Source: Tubulanus polymorphus (taxonomy: Eukaryota > Animalia > Nemertea). Taken from it: 64,000 nt of DNA. Both the position numbers and the translations under genes were made by a program. Location of the stretch: positions 4,216,001 through 4,280,000 of the forward strand of contig NC_134031.1 in the NCBI RefSeq assembly GCF_964204645.1, read 5' to 3'. Below are positions 1-13,600 of this stretch, piece after piece; the first letter of the stretch is position 1; each line of letters starts with the position of its first letter. The notes below the pieces were generated by a model that did no database searches, was not told the origin of the DNA, and was given only the letters and a program-made list of their open reading frames with translations.

Positions 1-3000
1 ATTTTTCGTGTGGACTTTCGTGACGTCGCGAATGGTGGGAATAATTACGTTGATATCGATTTCGATGGATTGTTTAATAATGCTTCGAGCTCCGGGCAGT
101 TTTCGGATTTACGGACTAGTCCGATCTCGAACAGTATACGTCTACGTCATTTGCGTGTGGATACTTGCAATTTTCACCGGAGGAGTTCCGTTAATCGGCT
201 GGTCTGGGATCACATTTGTAAAAAGTGTCAATAATGAATGTATGTTTATGCCTTTCGAAATCGGTTCGTCGTTCAGTATTTTCATGGCGGTTTTAGAATT
301 CGCCAGTATTTTTCTATCGGTTATTTGTATTACGGACGCATTTTTTTGTCTGAAACACGCGAAACGAAGTTACAATTTGCGACGTACCCCGGGAAGTCAA
401 CAGGGTTTGCCGAAAGAGTTGGTCAACAATTCGGAAGGACTGCCGAAATCAGCCATATTGGAAGCGTTAGACTTTTCGGCTAATGCGATGGACGCGTGGG
501 TAATCGCGTTAGCTGTAGTGATACTGTGCTACGTTATCAACCATATACCGTTCATGGTAAGTCAGTTACCTGCATGATGGAAATCATTATGTGGAGTGCC
601 GCGTCGTTATACGAAAGCCAATCGGAAACTAATGAACTTTCACTCTGTCATTAAAATGTAATCAGATCGTAGAAAGCTTCCCATATGATGAATCCCCGCT
701 TTTATTGGAAAATGAGTCCCAATCAGTATAAATCTCATCGGGTCAACTTAAGATTATGCTTAAGTGCTTCTGGCGTTGCGTGCTATCTTCAAAAATAGCC
801 ATATACTCTTAGTTGGACATCGTCATAACGCCTGCTGTCAGGAGATATTTAAGGAGACCTTTGTGTGAGAATGTTTCACATTTTATATTTTCAGGTGATT
901 TGCGTTGTCGGGGCGGTCACCCCGACTGCCATTACACACGGTACTAGCAGGACAGTAGTACTATGGCTATTAATCGCGGAAGGCTGTACACTACCCCATT
1001 TATTGTGGGCTTTCAGCACTAGATACAGACACGCCTGTTCCTTTCTGATTAAGGCTTGTTGCTTTTACAAAGTCGAAGAAAATCCAGGTATTAAAACAGT
1101 TATTTAAAGCCGCGATCACACGGAGACGATTTGGTGCGGACCAAACTGGCACGGATCAGGCGCGAGCAAAATTTGGCCCGTGCCTAATTAGAGAGCGCGC
1201 TCACACGTAAAACACTCACTCGATACTAAACAATGCTTAAACAAAGGCGAAGTGAGTCATTTCCGGAACCAGTCGCAATCATTTGTCGCATGCTGAAATT
1301 TGGCCCGGGCCAAAAACTCTCGTGTGATCGCGGCTTATGGTTCCTTCAAATTGGATGATGAATATACATGAGTTCATTCTTTTCGAGTTATTCTAGAGAG
1401 ATGGTGGGTATCCGGAATTAAAGCACCTAATTAACTTGATTACGATACTCATCGAGTATACTCTGTTTTAAGTGGCGGCCAAACGTCGGTATGATTGACT
1501 CATAATAGTGGAAGGTTAACCGTTATTAGAAAATCCACATCTAATTCGTGGCCGAGTGCCAGATGGCGGTTCAGTAAAAGCAAAATATCGATATTAATAA
1601 AACAGAAATTATTAGGCGAAAAAACGCTCCGTGCACACGCACAATCTGTCGTAATTAATAATCTAGGTATTAAAGCTACCAGACTACGTAGAAAGACTAT
1701 TTGAAAATGAAATTCAATATGTCCCTGCATCTGTGCTCAATTAATTGTTTACTTTAGTGCTAGTGACTGAGTTAAAATCGATTTTGAATATTTCTCTACT
1801 CATACACCCGCACATCTAAATTGAAAAGCGGGCGAGTCTAATCAGACGGCTTATTGACAATATTTTGAAATTGCGAACGTTCTGGCATTTCAGTTCGAAG
1901 ATTTCGATTTTTTGTTTCACTATGTTGTTTATTTACGTATAAATCCCCGCTTGTCCATTGCAGATGAAATCTGTCGTATACAGTTGTACCACAAGCGTCT
2001 ACAGCTGTCGATGCCACGTCGACGATCGAGCTCTACCAGTGCCCAACCGACACCGCAGACGTCCTCTAGGAGCGGCCGGCGCAGCGAGTCCCCCTCCTAC
2101 TACCGTCGAGCTAGCGGTTCCGAGATGGTAGACGGCGATGTTGACATGATCAGTACACCGAACGGTACGGCTAAACAAGTGCCAAACGGTTACGTTAGTT
2201 CAGTCAGTACTATTGAAGAGGTACTAGAAGAAGCACCTATTCACAATTTGCAGACTCTACCGATGCGAAGAAATTCGCCGCCTCCTCGAGAGAGTGAGGT
2301 TTACACAAATGCAGCATTTGAACCTGATGTAACGCAAGCTAAAGTTACACCAGAACAGTCCACCATGTCACCGGATACAATTATAATATACCCCGATGAG
2401 GACGGCACAGTGAGGCGGATGTGTACGCCAGTTGGTAATCGGACGCCATCTCCTGACTATTCGGCGCAATTTACACGTACACCATCCCCTGACTACGCTC
2501 GCCGACATCCGTATTCGCAACCGAGCCGGGATTCCAGTTCATCTTCGTGTGACGAATACACCGATTCCGATATAGAAAACGTGCTGAATGATTTAGAATA
2601 TGATGTACCACAGAAGACGGAGGAGGAACAAGATCGCGATAACGATAATGAACAATATATACGACGCTTGCCGCAAAAACAAAACTCAGATACGCCAGAC
2701 GATTCTGAAGGCATCGATAACGATTCTGTGTCTGATAATGTGCCAAAAGTCGATGACGGACGCGTGGAAGAGGATGAAGTCGACGCCACTAGTGATGAGT
2801 CGACTAAAATAGGAAACGAAACGCCCGGTGAAGAAACCTGCCGACAACCTTTGGTGCCGACAATAATAATTCAACCCGAATCCACGCAACCGGTTCAACA
2901 GAACACGAACAACGTAACGACGACGCCCGATGATGATGATCCGAATATCATGTCGAATAATAAAGATACGAACTGGAAAACGGCCGATAAAACGTTATCG

Positions 3001-3168
3001 TTGATGGAGTTTTTGATGTCTAAAGAAGAGGGAGAAGCGTATCTAGATACTGGGCAAAATATACACGAAGGTCGATATCCGATGAGTGATTTTGAAACCG
3101 GTGGAACAATGATATATGATAGTCGATATCCTTTAAGGGAAGAAGAAGAGATCACTGCTTTTGTTTAG
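1..3168 (+). CDS. Class A (rhodopsin-like) GPCR, 5'-truncated by the window; exons <1-556, 895-1087, 1964-3168; long acidic/Ser-Pro C-terminal tail
   Basis: TM3-TM6 lie in ORF 8..577 (ISISMDCL at the DRY position, CVWILA..PLIGWS TM4, ECL2 Cys, CYVINHIPF TM6). Donor ATG|GTAAGT at 557, acceptor TTTCAG| at 894, TM7/helix 8 in exon 2. Donor G|GTATTA at 1088 and acceptor TTGCAG| at 1963 join in phase to ORF 1912..3168. Confidence 0.8.
1107..1336. mobile_element. MITE family A (PIF/Harbinger-like), copy 1
   Basis: Perfect 16-bp TIR AAGCCGCGATCACACG / CGTGTGATCGCGGCTT with TA(A)-type flanks; internal homology to 57116-57384. Confidence 0.75.
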
Positions 3169-4611
3169 ATTTTTCGCTTAACGTGCAATCTTTTTTTTTT
3201 ATTGAATCAGAAATCATCCAACATATATATTGGAGCATCTTGGTAAAAACGGCTGCATACCATTTTGGCTTAAGACCCAGCGGGCTATATCGCACACCTT
3301 GGTCTATCCGTCCATCTGTAGATGGAATCCAGTTATTTTGTTAGTTTGCTAAGCATTTCACCAAGTGGGCATGGTGTTTGTCCCGGGCTTCTTGTTGTCG
3401 CATTGGACTCATGCTATCGGTATTTCTTGTGCATAAGTTGTACTCCTTTCAATTTCAGCCCGATTGGGAGTTCCAGCGAACTATTGAGTTCACTTCTCGT
3501 TCGTCCGTCCATTTGGCCTCCTGTTCGTCTATCCGTGGTGGGTTGTCTTGATATTTGGTTCATGCATCCATCTTATACCCTAGACACTTCTGCAGCCCGA
3601 AAACTGGGCCGGACATACTTTACACGGTTTTCGAGGGATATTTTGTAGACGCTTCAATCAATCGTCATGATCGTTCATATAAATATGCTTACGTGTATAT
3701 TTCAAATACGTATTCTGACCAATGGGAAAATACATATCTTTTAGTTGATAGTACACTTGGCCCGAGATCTTATGACAATTAAGATGGGAATGGTTCGTTC
3801 GTCTACATAATGTTTAGAACGCTGGACCTTTTCGCACTGAATAAATAGGTGGCCCTCAAAGTGGATCAACACCATTAGTCATCAAAGTAAATATTCGCGT
3901 AGATATCATTAACTAACATCAACAGTCCCAGTCTGACAATACGTCGTTGTTTTGATCGTGAATCACTTGGATCAAACCAGTCGGTCACGAACGTCTTCGT
4001 CGTAATCCTTTTGTTGAATTTGATTCAATGCAATAACAAATTTCAGAATTAAAACGTAATATCGGAATATATTTTATCAAATATACATATGAATACTTAT
4101 TTTAAAAATTTGTACGAAAATAGATAACAAACAATTAGTTCATAAGATCACATAAAGGAATCAATACTGATTGAAGGTATATAATATCACTAAAGGTCTA
4201 ACCGTTCTACTGCCTTTTTCATGAAAACTATTTGCTTCAGAGGTCTTTAATATGATGTAACAACGTTCGTATTGAAGCAAAATGTCACAGTTGACATTAC
4301 ATCAAGGAACGTCGTGGCATCAATAAGACCTCTACTTTCTTTACTATTAAATATTTTGTTGTGATATTTAGTAAAATTTTATTTTATAGAATAATTGAGA
4401 CATTGTTACGGCTTAATGGGAAAGGTACAAATTATGAATGTAGCACATTTTTATTGTTGAAGAAAAAAGAAGTAAATTAATCGTTTTTACAATGGGATGG
4501 TGTTGGTTCTTTCTCGTTTATGTTTAGATCCGTCTAAACAAATTTTCACGAAGCAGTCGACAATTCTTCGGTTTATGCCGAGACAATACGGAACATAAGT
4601 GCTTTCCATCA

Positions 4612-7600
4612 TCATAAGTGGGTTGTCAATGTTGCTTCATCTGATGTATATAATTTTGGCCGTTGTATTTTAAACTGCAAAGACAATAGAAAATCAAGTG
4701 GAATCATAAGCAGAATTGTATATATCAGTTCAATTGTAGAACAAAGACATAAGAAGAAAAATAACTTGGACTTTAATTGACGCCTTGATGAAAACTATCA
4801 CATACAATACATCATTGTAACAGTTTTTAAGGCGTCAAGAAATTTACCTCTGTCTGAATATCTAGGGCATTGCTTCTAAATAATGAGCCGATGTTACTAA
4901 ATGCTGGGTCCACATCTTCGCCTTCTGAGTGCGGCGAATTCTTTCCGGTAGAATAACCATCAGACGACCATGCCTTGCGACCTGAGTAGCCAACATTCGT
5001 ATATTGACCAAACTCAGTCGGTTCTTCGAAGTCCTGCAAAAATTACCATATCATGAATAACTTATTTGGTTGGCCACGTAAACTAAAATTCTCCTTTCGC
5101 AAAATTCGTGACGATATCTTACTATCAAAATGTTTTGTTGTGCAGCTTCTTCGCCAACCTTTTCGTCATCTACAGGTCTGTAAAATATTTTGGATGCAGA
5201 AAGTAAAGTGACTTGAACCGTCATTCATGGAAGATTAACTGAGGAATATTTAGCGACCATTTGTACTGACTGACCTCTCAGTTTCATACCGGGCTTTCCT
5301 TTTCTTTATAAGAATAAGTGTGAGGACGAAGACGACAATAACGGCACCGAATCCGGCGAATACTCCAATAACAATTCCGGACACGTAGCTGGGGTCGGTT
5401 TCAACCGCCTGATACTGCGAACACTTAGCACCGGTGTAAGAATGTTTTAATCCTACTTCACAGCTAAAACAAAATGGATCACCTTAGCGCAACGGAATAC
5501 ATCATAATGAGGACGACTATACACATTGCTTATTGGTTTCACCATGGACTCTAAAACGGGGAGTCCATGGTTGCATGTATCAGTCATCTGATTTTATCAA
5601 GCACGACTGTCCTACAATAATACTTCTTACCACACGAGCAAGAGAAAAGGTCGACTGAATTTGAATTTAAAATCATTTATTGTTCTTACTATCTGATGTC
5701 TATTTCTTTGCATATATAGTAACTTCATGAGCTAGTTTGAAATTCCAAAAAGATTGTAACAATAGTAAAATAACCTATATCTAATTGAAATAAGAATGAA
5801 CTTACAGACATTTGACTTGTCCATCGCTGTTTGAACATGTGCCGTGTCCACTACACGATTCACCTAAGCACTTATCGACACATGTGACGTTTGAGAAAGT
5901 TCCCAAGTTTATGCAGTTATGAGTGATAGGACAAAGAGAACTTTGGCACGGGTTAGCAACAAGTTCTTGTAGTATAGCTGAAAACAGACACACATATAGA
6001 TAGGCTATAAGATTAAACCACGAATTTAAGAAATGATAAAAACTAAGAATAAATCATCACGTATATTATCATTAAAACAACAGAATTAAGATGCATTTCG
6101 GATCATGCTCTCTTTCGAGAGACCATCGCAAGATGTGAGGAAACCTGAACGGAGTAGTATCTACACATGGAAAACAAGTTTTATTAGATTTGGCATCTTT
6201 CCAATAGATTTGGCCTCTAACCAATCGAAAGTGACCACAAATAACACAACATACCGATCATTTGGTTTTTACTATAGTTGGTGTCCACTGTTATCTGAGT
6301 TCCATTTATAACTAGCTTAGCACTTTCGAAGGCCACTTGTTGCAGGCTTGTGTTTAAGAAATTAGGATCCTTATCTAGCTTTGCAGCTAGTTGAATAAAA
6401 TGATACACGACTTCATAGTTGGCAATGATGCTACCAGAGCTGAAACAAAGATATTTTTTAATTTTACAACACTACTAAGATTCGATACTGCATATTATAA
6501 GACACGGACACAATCAATATCTTTCAGGTACCTGAAACCTGTGACCTTTACTCCAATGACTGATGGTTCTGTAGAAAATATTGGATCCAGCTAAAACAAC
6601 AACAAAAAGATACATATAGACGATTTCAACGTATACGAAATCTTACTCTTCGAGACAACTAGATGATTTGATACATACAGCTCTCTTTACTGCAGCAACA
6701 GTAGACTTGTATTCATCTGAATCTGGTTTATTGAGATTATCATTATAGTTCCCTGCAAACTTGTACGGAAATGGACCAACAGTCACAGTCTTGTTGCCTA
6801 TGAAAATATACATTAAGTTTATTCATTTGGAAATTATGTGTTATTCTGCATTCAACAGATCGACTTTGAATTATGCCGCAATAGATAAATGTACTAACTG
6901 GTATCGGGTGTAAATGATGACCCAGTAGTTGGTTGCGTTGGTTTAGCAGTACTCCTTCGATCTGAATTGGTAGAGTGAGCTGTCGTCCTCATAGAAACAG
7001 CTGCACTGGAACTGCTTGGTACTGAAGTTGGCAAAAAAGTTATTTTGGTGCTGCTAGTTGATGCATGTTTTACAGTTGATCCCGTACTACTAGATGAGGC
7101 CGGTGTACCAGATGGAATAGCGCTGTTAGATGAAGTTAATTTATCAGTCATAGCAATAGTACTTAATGAAGTTGGTTGATCAGTTGTACCAGTAGTAGAA
7201 AAGGCCGGTTTATCGGTTGTAACAACACTACTAGATGATGTTGCTTGATCAGTGGTACCAATGCTACTATATGAGGTTGACTGAGTTGTCTGAGATCCAG
7301 TTGTTGATGCGGAACTGGTTACATCTTTAGGAGTTGTAGCATTCACCATCGATTTCGTATTTGTAGTTGATGGTTGAACAGTAGTCGTCTGAGATCCAGT
7401 TGTTGATGCGGAACTGGTTACATCTTTAGGAGTTGTAGCATTCACCATCGATTTTGTAGTTGTAATTGATGGTTGAACGGTAGTCTTCTGAGATCTAGTA
7501 GTTGATGTAGAACTGGTTACATCTTCTGGAGTTGTAGCATTCACCATCGATTTCGCATTTGTAGTTGATAGTTGAACAGTAGTCGTCTGAGATGCAGTTG

Positions 7601-10600
7601 TTGATTTGGAACTGGTTACATCTTTAGGGGTTGTAGCATTCACCATCGATTTCGTATTTGTAGTTGATGGTTGAACAGTTGTCTTCTGAGATCCAGTAGT
7701 TGATGTTGAACTGGTTACATCTCTTGTAGTTGTGGCATTCACCATCGATTTCGTATTTGTAGTTGATGGTTGAACAGTAGTCGTCTGAGATGCAGTTGTT
7801 GATTTGGAACTGGTTATATCTTTAGGAGTTGTAGCATTCACCATCAATTTCGTATTTGTAGTTGATGGTTGAACAGTAGTCGTCTGAGATGCAGTTGTTG
7901 ATTTGGAGCTAGTTTCATCTTTAGGCGTTGTAGCATTCACCATCGATTTTGTATTTGTAGTTGATGGTTGAACAGTAGTCGTCTGAGATGCAGTTGTTGA
8001 TTTGGAGCTAGTTACATCTTTAGGCGTTGTAGCATTCACCATCGATTTTGTATTTGTAGTTGATGGTTGAACGGTAGTCTTCTGAGATCCAGTAGTTGAT
8101 GTTGAACTGGTTACATCTATAGGAGTTGTAGCATTCACCATCGATTTCGTATTTGTAGTTGATGGTTGAACGGTAGTCTTCTGAGATCCAGTAGTTGATG
8201 TGGAACTGGTTACATCTTCAGGAGTTGTAGCATTCACCATCGATTTCGTATGTGTAGTTGATGGTTGAACAGTAGTCTTCTGAGATCCAGTAGTTGATGT
8301 GGAACTGGTTACATCTCTAGTAGTTGTAGCATTAACCATCGATTTCGTATTTGTAGTTGATGGTTGAACAGTAGTCTTCTGAGATGCAGTTGTTGATTTG
8401 GAACCGGTTACATCTTTAGGAGTTGTACCATTTACCATCGATTTCGTATTTGTAGTTGATGGTTGAATGGTAGTCGTCTGAGATCCAGTTGTTGATTTGG
8501 AACTAGTTACATCTTTAGGCGTTGTAGCATTCACCATAGATTTTGTATTTGTATTTGATGGTTGGACAGTAGTCTTCTGAGATCCAGTAGTTGATGTTGA
8601 ACTGGTTACATCTATAGGAGTTGTAGCATTCACCATCGATTTCGTATTTGTAGTTGATGGTTGAACGGTAGTCGTCTGAGATGCAGTTGTTGATTTGGAA
8701 CTGGTTACATCTTTAGGAGTTGTAGCATTCACAATCGATTTTGTATTAGAGGTTGATGGTTGAACAGTTGTCGTCTGAGATCCAGTTGTGGATGTAGAAC
8801 TGGTTACATCTCTAGTAGTTGTAGCATTCACCATCGATTTCGAATTTGTAGTTGATGGTTGAACAGTAGTCTTCTGAGATCCAGTTGTGGATGAAGAACT
8901 GGTTACATCTCTTGTAGTTGTGGCATTCACCATCGATTTCGTATTTGTAGTTGATGGTTGAACAGTAGTCGTCTGAGATGCAGTTGTTGATTTGGAACTG
9001 GTTATATCTTTAGGAGTTGTAGCATTCACCATCGATTTCGTATTTGTAGTTGATGGTTGAACAGTAGTCGTCTGAGATGCAGTTGTTGATTTGGAGCTAG
9101 TTACATCTTTAGGCGTTGTAGCATTCACCATCGATTTCGTATTTGTAGTTGATGGTTGAACGGTAGTCTTCTGAGATCCAGTAGTTGATGTTGAACTGGT
9201 TACATCTATAGGAGTTGTAGCATTCACCATCGATTTCGTATTTGTAGTTGATGGTTGAACGGTAGTCTTCTGAGATCCAGTAGTTGATGTGGAACTGGTT
9301 ACATCTTCAGGAGTTGTAGCATTCACCATCGATTTCGTATGTGTAGTTGATGGTTGAACAGTAGTCTTCTGAGATCCAGTAGTTGATGTGGAACTGGTTA
9401 CATCTCTAGTAGTTGTAGCATTAACCATCGATTTCGTATTTGTAGTTGATGGTTGAACAGTAGTCTTCTGAGATGCAGTTGTTGATTTGGAACCGGTTAC
9501 ATCTTTAGGAGTTGTACCATTTACCATCGATTTCGTATTTGTAGTTGATGGTTGAACGGTAGTCGTCTGAGATCCAGTTGTTGATTTGGAACTAGTTACA
9601 TCTTTAGGCGTTGTAGCATTCACCATAGATTTTGTATTTGTAGTTGATGGTTGAACGGTAGTCTTCTGAGATCCAGTTGTTGATTTGGAACTGGTTACAT
9701 CTTTAGGAGTTGTAGCATTCACAATCGATTTTGTATTAGAGGGTGATGGTTGAACAGTTGTCGTCTGAGATCCAGTTGTGGATGTAGAACTGGTTACATC
9801 TCTAGTAGTTGTAGCATTCACCATCGATTTCGTATTTGTAGTTGATGGTTGAACAGTAGTCTTCTGAGATCCAGTTATGGATGAAGAACTGGTTACATCT
9901 CTTGTAGTTGTAGCATTCACCATCGATTTCGTATTTTTAGTTGATGGTTGAACGGTAGTCGTCTGAGATGCAGTTGTTGATTTGGAGCTAGTTACATCTT
10001 TAGGCGTTGTAGCATTCACCATCGATTTTGTATTTGTAGTTGATGGTTGAACGGTAGACTTCTGAGATCCAGTTGTTGATTTGGAACCGGTTACATCTTT
10101 AGGAGTTGTAGCATTCACAATCGATTTCGTATTTGTAGTTGATGGTTGAACAGTAGTCTTCTGAGATCCAGTAGTTGATGTAGAACTGGTTACATCTCTA
10201 GTAGTTGTAGCATTAACCATCGATTTCGTATTTGTAGTTGATGGTTGAAGAGTAGTTTTCTGAGATGCAGTTGTTGATTTGGAACCGGTTACATCTTTAG
10301 GAGTTGTAGCATTCACAATCGATTTTGTATTAGAGGTTGATTGTTGAACAGTAATCGTCTGAGATCCAGTTGTGGATGTAGAACTGGTTACATCTCTAGT
10401 AGTTGTAGCATTCAACATCGATTTCGTATTTGTTATTGATGGTTGAACAGTAGTCTTCTGAGATGCAGTTGTTGATTTGGAACTGGTTACATCTTTAGGA
10501 GTTGTTGCATTTACCATCGATTTCGTATTTGTAGTTGATAGTTGAACATGAACAGTAGTCGTCTGAGATCCAGTTGTTGATGTGGAACTGGTTACATCTT

Positions 10601-13600
10601 TAGGAGTTGTAAAATTCACCATCGATTTTGTATTTGTAGTTGATGGTTGAACAGTTGTCTTCTGAGATCTTGTTGTTGATGCGGAACTGGTTACATCATT
10701 AGGAGTTGTAGCATTTACCATAGATTTTGTAGTTGTAATTGATGGTTGAACAGTAGTCGTCTGAGATCCAGTTGTTGATGCGGAACTGGTTACATCTTTA
10801 GGAGTTGTAGCATTTACCATCGATTTCGTATTTGTAGTTGATGGTTGGACAGTAGTCGTCTGAGATGCAGTTGTTGATGTAGAAATGATTACATCTATAG
10901 GAGTTGTTGCATTCACCATCGATTTTGTATTTGTAGTTGATGGTTGAACGGTAGTCTTCTGAGATCCAGCTGTTGATGTGGAACTGGTAACATCTTTAGG
11001 AGTTGTAGCATTCTCCATCGATTTCGTATTTGTAGTTGATTGTTGAACGGTAGTCGTCTGAGATGCAGTTGTTGATTTGGAACTGGTTACATCTTTAGGA
11101 GTTGTAGCATTCACAATCGATTTGGTATTAGTGGTTGATGGTTGAACAGTTGTCGTCTGAGATCCAGTTGTGGATGTAGAACTGGTTACATCTCTAGTAG
11201 TTGTAGCATTCACCATCGATTTCGTATTTGTAGTTGATGGTTGAACAGTAGTCTTCTGAGATCCAGTAGTGGATGTGGAACTGGTTACATCTCTTGTAGT
11301 TGTGGCATTCACCATCGATTTCGTATTTGTAGTTGATGGTTGAACAGTTGTCTTCTGAGATCCAGTTGTTGATGCGGAACTGGTTACATCATTAGGATTG
11401 GAAGCATTTACCATAGATTTTGTAGTTGTAATTGATGGTTGAACAGTAGTCGTCTGAGATCCAGTTGTTGATGCGGAACTGGTTACATCTTTAGGAGTTG
11501 TAGCATTTACCATCGATTTCGTATTTGTAGTTGATGGTTGGACAGTAGTCGTCTGAGATGCAGTTGTTGATGTAGAAATGATTACATCTTTAGGAGTTGT
11601 TGCATTCACCATCGATTTCGTATTTGTAGTTGATGGTTGAACAGTAGTCTTCTGAGATCCAGCTGTTGATGTGGAACTGGTAACATCTTTAGGAGTTGTA
11701 GCATTCACCATCGATTTCGTATTTGTAGTTGATTGTTGAACGTTAGTCGTCTGAGATGCAGTTGTTGATTTGGAACTGGTTACATCTTTAGGAGTTGTAG
11801 CATTCACAATCGATTTGGTATTAGTGGTTGATGGTTGAACAGTTGTCGTCTGAGATCCAGTTGTGGATGTAGAACTGGTTACATCTCTAGTAGTTGTAGC
11901 ATTCACCATCGATTTCGTATTTGTAGTTGATGGTTGAACAGTAGTCTTCTGAGATCCAGTTGTGGATGTGGAACTGGTTACATCTCTTGTAGTTGTGGCA
12001 TTCACCATCGATTTCGTATTTGTAGTTGATGGTTGAACGGTAGTCGTCTGAGATGCAGTTGTTGATTTGGAACTGGTTATATCTTTAGGAGTTGTAGCAT
12101 TCACCATAGATTTCGTATTTGTAGTTGATGGTTGAACGGTAGTCGTCTGAGATGCAGTTGTTGATTTGGAGCTAGTTACATCTTTAGGCGTTGTAGCATT
12201 CACCATCGATTTTGTATTTGTAGTTGATGGTTGAACAGTAGTCGTCTGAGATGCAGTTGTTGATTTGGAGCTAGTTACATCTTTAGGCGTTGTAGCATTC
12301 ACCATCGATTTTGTATTTGTAGTTGATGGTTGAACGGTAGTCTTCTGAGATCCAGTAGTTGATGTGGAACTGGTTACATCTATAGGAGTTGTAGCATTCA
12401 CCATCGATTTCGTATTTGTAGTTGATGGTTGAACGGTAGTCTTCTGAGATCCAGTAGTTGATTTGGAACTGGTTACATCTTTAGGAGTTGAAGCATTCAC
12501 CATCGATTTCGTATTTGTAGTTGATGGTTGAACAGTAGTCTTCTGAGATCCAGTAGTTGATGTGGAACTGGTTACATCTCTAGTAGTTGTAGCATTCACC
12601 ATCGATTTCGTATTTGTAGTTGATGGTTGAACAGTAGTCTTCTGAGATGCAGTTAATGATTCGGAACCGGTTACATCTTTCGGAGTTGTACCATTTACCA
12701 TCGATTTCGTATTTGTAGTTGATGGTTGAACGGTAGTCGTCTGAGATCCAGTTGTTGATTTGGAATTAGTTACATCTTTAGGCGTTGTAGCATTTACCAT
12801 AGATTTTATATTTGTAGTTGATGGTTGGACAGTAGTCTTCTGAGATCCAGTTGTGGATGTAGAACTGGTTACATCTCTAGTAGTTGTAGCATTCACCATC
12901 GATTTCGTATTTGTAGTTGATGGTTGAACAGTAGTCTTCTGAGATGCAGTTGTTGATTTGGAACTGGTTACATCTTTAGGAGTTGTAGCATTCACCATCG
13001 ATTTTGTATTTGTAATTGATGGTTGAACAGTAGTCGTCTGAGATGCTGTTGTTGATATGGAACTGGTTACATCTTTAGGAGTTGTAGCATTCACCATCGA
13101 TTTCGTATTTGTAGTTGATGGTTGAACGGTAGTCTTCTGAGATCCAGTAGTTGATTTGGAACTGGTTACATCTTTAGGAGTTGAAGCATTCACCATCGAT
13201 TTCGTATTTGTAGTTGATGGTTGAACAGTAGTCTTCTGAGATCCAGTAGTTGATGTGGAACTGGTTACATCTCTAGTAGTTGTAGCATTCACCATCGATT
13301 TCGTATTTGTAGTTGATGGTTGAACAGTAGTCTTCTGAGATGCAGTTAATGATTCGGAACCGGTTACATCTTTCGGAGTTGTACCATTTACCATCGATTT
13401 CGTATTTGTAGTTGATGGTTGAACGGTAGTCGTCTGAGATCCAGTTGTTGATTTGGAATTAGTTACATCTTTAGGCGTTGTAGCATTTACCATAGATTTT
13501 ATATTTGTAGTTGATGGTTGGACAGTAGTCTTCTGAGATCCAGTTGTGGATGTAGAACTGGTTACATCTCTAGTAGTTGTAGCATTCACCATCGATTTCG

